30,637 nt of DNA from a virus (taxonomy: Duplodnaviria; Caudoviricetes). A model generated the notes under the pieces. It did no database searches, had not been told where the DNA came from, and saw only the letters and a program-made list of their open reading frames with translations. A program made the position numbers and the translations under genes. Of the stretch, positions 19,140-26,609 are shown piece by piece (positions within the stretch are counted from its first letter, which is position 1; each line of letters begins with the position of its first letter). The stretch spans positions 1 to 30,637 of the IMG/VR virus record IMGVR_UViG_3300025422_000007; one strand, 5' to 3'.

Positions 19140-22100
19140 ATGGCTGTAAAGGACCACGACAAGCATTATCCCGGGCTGAATGAGTCCGACGCAACGGTCC
19201 AGACACCCAACACCGTGTCCCGATACGTGCGTCCGGGCGACCGTTCCTTCGACTCCATCATCTGGCAGTCCGGCAAGCCCGTTCTGGACTCAGAGCTTCA
19301 GCTTGGGCAGGACGCCGCTTGGTTCGAGAACTACCTCCTCCGCCGCTGGCAGGTTCCCTCCGGCTGGTTGCGGGGTCAGACCCGTTACGACTCCCTCTGT
19401 GACTACGTTCTGGAGCATGCCCCCGACGGCATTGTGGATGACTCCCCAAGCTCCGGCTCCGTGGGTGACTCCATCGGTTCCTTGGGCGGTGCCTACGGTT
19501 CCGTCGGTGAACCCACCTCAGTGGGCGGGTCCGTGGGTGAGTCTGTTGGCGGTGATTCCGTAGGATCCATCGGTGGGTCCGTAGGCGGTGGCGAGGCGGA
19601 CGACGGGTCGGGCATCCTCCCGGACAGGACGCTGCTCAACGCTATCCTCCTGCCCCGGCTTGAGGCCATCGTGGCCGGGATGCCCATCGTTGTGGAGTAC
19701 ACGTACACCCGCACCGAGGGCTGGAACCTGATCACCCTGGAGTCGCCGACCATCTACGATGGCACCGACGGCACCGTGAAGCGGACGGACTTCCTGTTCC
19801 TGGAGGTGTTCCGGGCACTCGTGGCACCCAGCCCCAAGGCGACGGGCTACGTGGAGATCACGGACATCAGCCTCCTGGCGGCGGGTGCTACCATTCTCAT
19901 CGGCGGCCTCGTCCTGACCGCAGTAGCTGGTGCTCCTGCCATCGACGAGTTTGAGATCGAGGCCACAGCCAACCTCACGGCGATCAACATCGCCGCAGCG
20001 GTCAACCTGGCCACCAACTCTTTCGCAACCCTCGTAGCGGCACGGCCCTACTCCGACACCGTAGTCCTACAGGCCGTCGAGGCCGGTGTGGGTGGGAACA
20101 CCATCTCCCTTGCGGAGACCGCCGCAGCGGGCGCTCTGGCGTTGTCTGGGCCTATCTTTACAGGTGGGGCGGACAGGACGAACAAGCCCGCCACAGGGCA
20201 GGACAAGCTGTACCGACACGGCAACGTGCTCTCCCCTGAGCCTACGTGGCTGGACGATCAGATGGTCGATCCGGTCGTGAACGCCGAGACAGCCCAACGG
20301 GGTCAGATCCAGTACCGCATCCGGCACACCGGAGCGACTGAGGCCATCAACTGGAAGAAGCACCCAGACGGGTTCTCCAACAAGCTCGCCGGACCCTCTG
20401 CCGCTGTGTACGCACAGGGCACCCGGAGCGACGTGGCTTCTGCGGTCAACGTGGGCGGTGGGCGCTTCTACCCCTTCGTTCCGGCAGACAAGGCAACCGT
20501 GTGGGGCAATTCCTCCGCCGTGGAGTACGGCATCCAGGATTCGGGTCTGTGGATCGCCGGAGACGGTTCGGAGCAGGCGGCCAAGGACCTCGGGTCGGTG
20601 GACGGCTTCGTGTACGCCATCGGCATCGCCTTCCTGTTCCGTCACAATGACGCCTCGGACGCGGCGGCTGTGATCAGGGGTTTTGAGCCCGTGTCCAACG
20701 CCAACGGTGCCCCGACCTACCAGCACGGTGGGTACAACGGTGTCATCGGGCCGATCTCGGCGGGAGCGTCCGACAGGCCCGACGCTGAGTACTGTGACGT
20801 CATCACTGAGAGAAACGTCCTCGACTTGCGGCGGCACGTCATCTTCCCCGGTGTGGACCTGGCCAGCGAGGTCCAGTACCAGATGCAGTCCCTCATGGAT
20901 GGGAACCTGCGGACTTGGCAGATGGACACGGCCAGCAAGCAGGACCTCGGCGGGGATTCTGGGGATGTGTCCACCCGCTACCTGATCTGCAACGAGATCG
21001 GGCGTATCGCCGACGGCAACAACAACACCTCCGGCGACACCCCTCGGGGCGTGGGTATCCGGGACTTCGATCACGTTGCCCGCCGGTTCGGGTCTCAGTC
21101 CGTTGTGGAGCGGGTCGTGTTCTCGTTCTACCCGGGCGACCGTCCGGCTGGGCCCATCGTGGCCCCTGGCACGGTGAACACCGGCAAGTACGTCACCAAG
21201 GCGGGGCCGGGGATCACATGGTACGAGGGCGACGTCCTCCACTTGGACCTCGGCAACCTGGACGTGACGACCCTCGGCGGAGTCTTTGACGGTGGAACAG
21301 GCGGAGGCGGTTCCTTCGGGGGCGTGCCCAATTTCACCCACTTTGCTCCGCCCGGAACAGTCATCACGGACGTTCTGAGCATCTACCACGACGACGGACA
21401 CCACGGGACGCCCGTAAGTACGCAGGAAGTGGAGATGGGTCTCGTGCAGGGCCTGGGCACAGGTCACCTGACAGTCAACCTCGACCAGAACGACCGAGTC
21501 GTGAACGGTGGAGACCCCGGCAACCTGAACTACCAGATGGTGGGCAGGGTAGCCGCACCCTTCAGCGGTTCGCCACGGCGGATCTTCGTCGAGGTGGAGA
21601 TCACCTATCCGAACGGCGATGTGGGAGCGACAGACACCACGGACATGCATCTGGTCCCGGACGTCGCTGTCTACGGCCACATCGAGGGTGCTGGGCCTGG
21701 CCCGCTCCTTGAGAACGACGTCACGCAGCGTCCCAACGACTTTGAGACCCTGGAAGCCCCGGCGTTCCGGTTCGGGTACAGGGAGATCCAACTGGACTAC
21801 ACGGCCAACAATACCTCGGGCCATGCGGTTGGGGACAGACACCCTGGTGTGCCGGTGACGGACGAGGTGGTGAGCCGGACGACCACGGACATCTATACGC
21901 CCCGGCGTATTCGGGGCTACGCTCCTGGTACCGGACCTATCGGGGGCAACTCCGTGGCAGTAGAGGACCTAGTGGCCGGAGCCCCCGTGGCGGTGGACGA
22001 AACAGCCACCACGTTCGGGGACAGCCAGCGCAAGGTCGTGACAGCAGCCCACTTGTCCGATGACCAGTGCCTCTGTGAGGTGCAGTACTTCCCGCAGGAC

Positions 22101-22862
22101 CCGATCCCCAACTACGGTGCATCGGGCGGTGGCTACCAGGTCGCCGTGTACTTCCGCTCCAACTCGCCGCAAACGGCGGGCGTCAAGGAGGGGGACATCG
22201 GAACGACGGGTGACGGCACGCTGCCCACCACGTTGCACGTTGAGCCGCTCTTGATGGCGGAGAATCTGTGGACGGGTCAGGTAGGCATGGGGTCCGTGGA
22301 TACGGCCTTCCCCTATGTGGCCCCGCTGGACCAGATCCCGATCAATGACGGCTCCCCGCTGGACCCGGACGAGATCGCAGGGACCACGGGAGAGTGGTTC
22401 TTCTGTGCCACGGCCAGCATCACGGTGGACGACTTCAACGCTGATACGGGCCTGCTGTCCCTGCACCCCTTCGTACCGGCAGACGGTCAGGACGTGCAGG
22501 AGATCGGCGGCACGGCCAACGAGGAGAAGCCCCGCAAGGACTTCGAGTTCAGGGCCTTCTACCCGTACATGGACGAGACGGCCTACCGCCCGACCATCCT
22601 GTCACAGCCCCTGTACGGGGCGACCCGGCACAAGGTGTTCTTCCCCTACGTGGCAAGGGCTGTGGAGGACACTCCTGGGGTAGACGGCGGCCTTCTGTTC
22701 CGCAAGGACGAGCTTCTGTTGGTCGTCCTGTCCCAGTTCGTCGAACTAGACACGGACAACAACGTGCGATTCAACGACACCGAGAACCGTATGAGCGTGG
22801 GGGTGTACCGGACACGGAACCTCCTGCTGCTCGTTGGAGACCGGGTATGCGAGGAGGTGTAG
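19140..22862 (+). CDS. 1240-aa proximal tail-fibre/baseplate protein (DUF6519/DUF4815-like N-terminus)
   Basis: Motifs FDSIIWQSGKPVLDSELQLGQD, DFLFLEVF, DPVVNAETAQRGQIQYRIR, YAIGIAFLFRHN and RPDAEYCDVI...VLDLR. It follows the tail-collar gene. Confidence 0.65.
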   Translation: MAVKDHDKHYPGLNESDATVQTPNTVSRYVRPGDRSFDSIIWQSGKPVLDSELQLGQDAAWFENYLLRRWQVPSGWLRGQTRYDSLCDYVLEHAPDGIVDDSPSSGSVGDSIGSLGGAYGSVGEPTSVGGSVGESVGGDSVGSIGGSVGGGEADDGSGILPDRTLLNAILLPRLEAIVAGMPIVVEYTYTRTEGWNLITLESPTIYDGTDGTVKRTDFLFLEVFRALVAPSPKATGYVEITDISLLAAGATILIGGLVLTAVAGAPAIDEFEIEATANLTAINIAAAVNLATNSFATLVAARPYSDTVVLQAVEAGVGGNTISLAETAAAGALALSGPIFTGGADRTNKPATGQDKLYRHGNVLSPEPTWLDDQMVDPVVNAETAQRGQIQYRIRHTGATEAINWKKHPDGFSNKLAGPSAAVYAQGTRSDVASAVNVGGGRFYPFVPADKATVWGNSSAVEYGIQDSGLWIAGDGSEQAAKDLGSVDGFVYAIGIAFLFRHNDASDAAAVIRGFEPVSNANGAPTYQHGGYNGVIGPISAGASDRPDAEYCDVITERNVLDLRRHVIFPGVDLASEVQYQMQSLMDGNLRTWQMDTASKQDLGGDSGDVSTRYLICNEIGRIADGNNNTSGDTPRGVGIRDFDHVARRFGSQSVVERVVFSFYPGDRPAGPIVAPGTVNTGKYVTKAGPGITWYEGDVLHLDLGNLDVTTLGGVFDGGTGGGGSFGGVPNFTHFAPPGTVITDVLSIYHDDGHHGTPVSTQEVEMGLVQGLGTGHLTVNLDQNDRVVNGGDPGNLNYQMVGRVAAPFSGSPRRIFVEVEITYPNGDVGATDTTDMHLVPDVAVYGHIEGAGPGPLLENDVTQRPNDFETLEAPAFRFGYREIQLDYTANNTSGHAVGDRHPGVPVTDEVVSRTTTDIYTPRRIRGYAPGTGPIGGNSVAVEDLVAGAPVAVDETATTFGDSQRKVVTAAHLSDDQCLCEVQYFPQDPIPNYGASGGGYQVAVYFRSNSPQTAGVKEGDIGTTGDGTLPTTLHVEPLLMAENLWTGQVGMGSVDTAFPYVAPLDQIPINDGSPLDPDEIAGTTGEWFFCATASITVDDFNADTGLLSLHPFVPADGQDVQEIGGTANEEKPRKDFEFRAFYPYMDETAYRPTILSQPLYGATRHKVFFPYVARAVEDTPGVDGGLLFRKDELLLVVLSQFVELDTDNNVRFNDTENRMSVGVYRTRNLLLLVGDRVCEEV
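19449..19592 (+). repeat. Coding low-complexity repeat: ten S-[VIL]-G triplets in about 48 aa
   Basis: SSGSVGDSIGSLGGAYGSVGEPTSVGGSVGESVGGDSVGSIGGSVGGG. Synonymous codons differ between the units. Confidence 0.9.
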
Positions 22863-22865
22863 GTA

Positions 22866-25800
22866 ATGCCTCGTAAGGACATCGATCCCGGGACGATCAC
22901 GACGGGACCTGGCAAGGCCGCTCCTGCTGAGTCCGACTTCCACCTCGGCATGGTTGCGCCCGGACAGGGCTACGTCCAAGGTGACGACAGCATCCCGGAC
23001 GTGGGCGGTGGGGGTACGGCAGCCCTGAAAGCGCACATCCAGGACCCCGTGGGAGCACACCCCGCCTCGGCCATCAGCGTAGACGATGCTCCTGACCTGT
23101 TGGGGACACGGAACGTCGAGCAGAGCCTGGACGCTCTCATGGCGGGACTCAAGATCCAGCCGTATGAGATGGGTGTCCCGCCTGGTTCTTTCAGAGTGCC
23201 TTTTACGTCCAACCTACCTGGTTGGGGCATCCTTGGGTTGATCGACTCGAACCTGGTCGAACAGGGGAGCATCACGGTTCCGATTACGGGGATCTTCAGC
23301 GGTCAGGAGGACGAGAACGAACCCGACTACATCTACCCCTACTACTTCACGCCTCCCTCCCCGGCAGTGGATTTCTACACCCGTCCTATGGGTCTGCTAC
23401 CGAATTGGAACAGTGAAAACTATCAGGCAGGTGATGACCAGAGGGGTTCTGACCCCCACTTTGAGTTCCGCTTCGGGGACCTGTGGAATGTAGGCACCGT
23501 GATCGGTGGGGGTGACGGTTACGGACGAGCCGGAGCCTTCTCGGACGGTACGGACGTGGTGAGGACAGCAAGCATGTTCCCCCTCTCAATGGGGGTCATC
23601 CCTGCGTGTGTCAGCACCATGCTGTACCCGGCGGACAGGGGTGTTCTGGCCCTGATCTGGTGGCCCTATGACGGAGACGTGGCTGCCTTCCTGGCGCAGG
23701 ATCTGTTGACCAGGTGTGCGGCGGCCATCCTGTTGGGGCAGGGCATCCGTGGCGGCGACTGTATCCACTGGGATGACTCTGTGGGCGCTCCCGTCATGTG
23801 TGACGGTGAGCCCGGGGGCATCTTCGAACCCGGTGTGGACGAGCAGGGATCCTACGATCCCTTCGCTTACCCTGGCAGGGCCGGTGGCCAGTACAACCTG
23901 GCCGAGATCTTCTCCGGCGTCTCGTCCATTGACGGGCAGCCCTTGCCCGACCCGTGGGATGACTTTGACGGTGACGGTGTGCAGGGGGCTAACCGCAAGG
24001 CGGACTCGGAGATCCCGGGGCCTGGCCAGGTACGCTTGGGCACCGACCCCGCAGCAGGGGAGGGCAACATCTCTCCTTACGGCATCCCGATTCTGGGAGC
24101 GGACATCACGGCCTACGATAACCCGGCGCTGATCCCGCTCCTGTACGGATTTCTCCCGTACTTGGGCCTGAGCTTTATCTTCGACACGAACTTCTTCTCG
24201 TACCGGCTCCCTGTGTTGGCAGGGTACGGGTCAGACATCGGACTCCAGTACACCCCTCGGGGTATCGATCCCTTGGAAACCAAGGAGACCGCACGGTACT
24301 TTGCCCTTGAGGCAGAGTTCGATGACGATGACACTTGGGTCGAGGAAGTCACTCCTGGTGTCTACAAGCTGATTTTTGCGGGAGCTTATGCGCCCCTTCT
24401 CGACGACTCAGGGGAAGGATCCTCCGATCTTCTTTCCAATCTCCTCGGACAGGACTGTTGGTACTGGCAGGTTGCCCGGTTCCGGCACTCCTTCTACGTG
24501 CCTGACTCCGATTCGGTAGGCCCCAAGGGCACCTACTGGATGATGCACTTCAAGACCGAGGGCGACTTCGAGAAGTTCGTCCGTGACGGCACCATGCCGT
24601 GGGACGTTGCGGCAGGGTACGAACTGTATGGGGCTTCTCCAGCGGCTTCTGCCATCGAAAACTACGGCAACATCGTCAATGAGGACCCGGCCACTGAGTT
24701 GTCCCCGAGAGGTCCGGCCCCTGGTTACGGGTACGGCTCCTTCTCGTACTACAACAACAAGACGGCCATCTTCGTGGGCGACAGGGACACTCACGACGAC
24801 ATCGTGGTGACGAACGACACATGGGACTACACGGTCGGGAGTATGGACGGCTTCATGGCCGTCTCCGGCGTCCAATACTTCACCCCGTTGGACCACACAG
24901 CGGGAACATCGGACTTCACGATCACCACCCTCACCGCAACGGTGCAGGGTGCAGCTAACCCCTGGCGGGACGGCTACAGGACGGACGACAACCCGTTGAC
25001 GGCAGCGGCCAACCCGGCGCAACTGTCTAGTCCGTGCCCCGCTTTCCTGTCCCTGTCCCCGTTCTCCTACGACACGGACACCGGGGAGCCCGACGGCATC
25101 CCGACATTCACCGTCCCGGCCACGTTCACTGACACAAGGGGCACCAGGTGGCAGCGAGTGGAGTTCCCCTTCAACTTCCTGGGCTCGAACGGTGGCGGTG
25201 TCTTCTCGGAGACCAACGCCCCGCAGCCTGCGGACGACATGGACATCGCCCTCAGTGGGGCAGTGACTCTCATCGGGGATGAGGAGAACCCCTCCTTCTC
25301 CCAGAACGCTCGCCCGAGGTTCTTCGTGCGGCGGCCTTTGGCTCACGATGACTGGATGGAGGCGGTACAGCCCGCTTACAGCGCCCCGGATGGTTCGGGT
25401 GAGGGGCTGGAGAACAGCGACACCATCCTGTTCCATTCGACCAACTTCCACTTCGCCGGTGGTGGGGACGGGATCTACGCCAACGGAGTGCCCGCTGGGG
25501 TAGCCCCGCAGGCGTGCTACGGGTGGCTGGTCACTCCTGAGAAGGACTACGACGAGCGGTTCCTGGACGAGATCTACCGCTACGACAGTCGGTGGACAGG
25601 CATCCCGGTGTCAGAGGGTCAATACCAACTGGTCGGCCCGGGCATGCAGGGCTGGTCCGGCGGACCAATCCCTGTTCCCGTCCAGGCTGGTGCGACAATG
25701 ACAGGAAGCTGGTTGGACGCCTCATGGGTCCAGAACTTCCTGCACGAGACCAGCACGGGCAACCTGGCCACGATCCTCACCGGGGAGCTTCAGGTAGCGG

Positions 25801-26570
25801 GCCTCCCGGAGCGCAATCCGCCGATGAACGACTGGGTCACGGTGCCTTACCCCTCGGCGGGCATCTGCATGTACCCGAAGATCGACTACTTGAACGGTGG
25901 GTACGAGCCCAGCATCGGCACCTACCCGATGGTGGCGCAGCCAGACTACAGTGCCTGCACGGGCGACCGGGTCTACGTGCGTGCCTTTGACGTGGCTCGC
26001 ACCCGGTCGACGGGCGAAAACGTAGTGGGTGACAACATCCTCTACCTGAAGCTCTCCGGCGTTGAACTGGACGACTTGCGGTTCAGCCCTCCCGGACCTG
26101 GGGGTTCGAACGGCGTAGCTGTCATGGTCAAGGTGCCTGGACAGACGACATGGATGGACGTAGGCCGCAGGAACGGTGAAGGCCCCAACAAGCAGGACCC
26201 GATTCTGGACGGAGCCGGGTGTCAGGTGGTTGGTCCCTACACGTTCTGGTGGCACGACACCTTGGAAGGTACAGCGACGTGCCAGATCAAGGTCGACATC
26301 GGGCCGCTGGCTACGCTTGCCAAGGGGCAGGGGGATGAGGTTCCGGTGCTGGTCAAGGTGCTGATGAAGGACCCGTCAAGCGTGCCCGCACCAGGCACCC
26401 CCTACAACTACGACTTCGACCACGAGGCGGATGAGAGTGGGAGTGCTACTTTCAACGGGTCCACGGGGCCCTCGACCAGCAGCCGACTGGTCCGAGGCAT
26501 CTGTGGGATCAAGGTCTTGGCCCCCTCTGAGGTGACGGACTCTTACGGGAACCCGCTGATCCCCTCGTAA
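22866..26570 (+). CDS. 1234-aa acidic tail-fibre-associated structural protein
   Basis: AGGAGGT RBS at 22852-22858. The N-terminal AHIQDPVGAHPASAISV...NVEQSLDAL motif is of a type seen in trimeric phage fibres. The rest is unrecognised. Confidence 0.7.
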   Translation: MPRKDIDPGTITTGPGKAAPAESDFHLGMVAPGQGYVQGDDSIPDVGGGGTAALKAHIQDPVGAHPASAISVDDAPDLLGTRNVEQSLDALMAGLKIQPYEMGVPPGSFRVPFTSNLPGWGILGLIDSNLVEQGSITVPITGIFSGQEDENEPDYIYPYYFTPPSPAVDFYTRPMGLLPNWNSENYQAGDDQRGSDPHFEFRFGDLWNVGTVIGGGDGYGRAGAFSDGTDVVRTASMFPLSMGVIPACVSTMLYPADRGVLALIWWPYDGDVAAFLAQDLLTRCAAAILLGQGIRGGDCIHWDDSVGAPVMCDGEPGGIFEPGVDEQGSYDPFAYPGRAGGQYNLAEIFSGVSSIDGQPLPDPWDDFDGDGVQGANRKADSEIPGPGQVRLGTDPAAGEGNISPYGIPILGADITAYDNPALIPLLYGFLPYLGLSFIFDTNFFSYRLPVLAGYGSDIGLQYTPRGIDPLETKETARYFALEAEFDDDDTWVEEVTPGVYKLIFAGAYAPLLDDSGEGSSDLLSNLLGQDCWYWQVARFRHSFYVPDSDSVGPKGTYWMMHFKTEGDFEKFVRDGTMPWDVAAGYELYGASPAASAIENYGNIVNEDPATELSPRGPAPGYGYGSFSYYNNKTAIFVGDRDTHDDIVVTNDTWDYTVGSMDGFMAVSGVQYFTPLDHTAGTSDFTITTLTATVQGAANPWRDGYRTDDNPLTAAANPAQLSSPCPAFLSLSPFSYDTDTGEPDGIPTFTVPATFTDTRGTRWQRVEFPFNFLGSNGGGVFSETNAPQPADDMDIALSGAVTLIGDEENPSFSQNARPRFFVRRPLAHDDWMEAVQPAYSAPDGSGEGLENSDTILFHSTNFHFAGGGDGIYANGVPAGVAPQACYGWLVTPEKDYDERFLDEIYRYDSRWTGIPVSEGQYQLVGPGMQGWSGGPIPVPVQAGATMTGSWLDASWVQNFLHETSTGNLATILTGELQVAGLPERNPPMNDWVTVPYPSAGICMYPKIDYLNGGYEPSIGTYPMVAQPDYSACTGDRVYVRAFDVARTRSTGENVVGDNILYLKLSGVELDDLRFSPPGPGGSNGVAVMVKVPGQTTWMDVGRRNGEGPNKQDPILDGAGCQVVGPYTFWWHDTLEGTATCQIKVDIGPLATLAKGQGDEVPVLVKVLMKDPSSVPAPGTPYNYDFDHEADESGSATFNGSTGPSTSSRLVRGICGIKVLAPSEVTDSYGNPLIPS

Positions 26571-26574
26571 TGGG

Positions 26575-26596
26575 CCTATAACCTGCCAATGTAGAG
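26575..26596 (+). promoter_or_regulatory. Candidate phage late-promoter motif, copy 4 (CCTATA-N11-TAGAG)
   Basis: Lies in the 39-nt intergenic gap with the same spacing. It is followed by an AGGAGG RBS at 26598-26603. Confidence 0.55.
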
Positions 26597-26609
26597 CAGG
26601 AGGAACGAC

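Noticed and set aside
19449-19592. CRISPR array, DNA tandem repeat or DGR variable region
   Set aside because: The units are short, in frame and synonymous-codon diverse, with no spacers. No second near-identical template copy or reverse transcriptase was seen in the window.
5005-22862. Chromosomal extracellular contractile injection system (Afp/PVC-like) or T6SS
   Set aside because: No tube, sheath, VgrG/PAAR, LysM, AAA ATPase or second J paralogue is present. The giant fibre genes, private promoter motif and restriction-site purging fit a lytic phage better. It is disfavoured but not excluded without flanking sequence.
4955-26609. Rho-independent terminators in the intergenic gaps
   Set aside because: No GC-rich hairpin followed by a U-tract was found in any gap.
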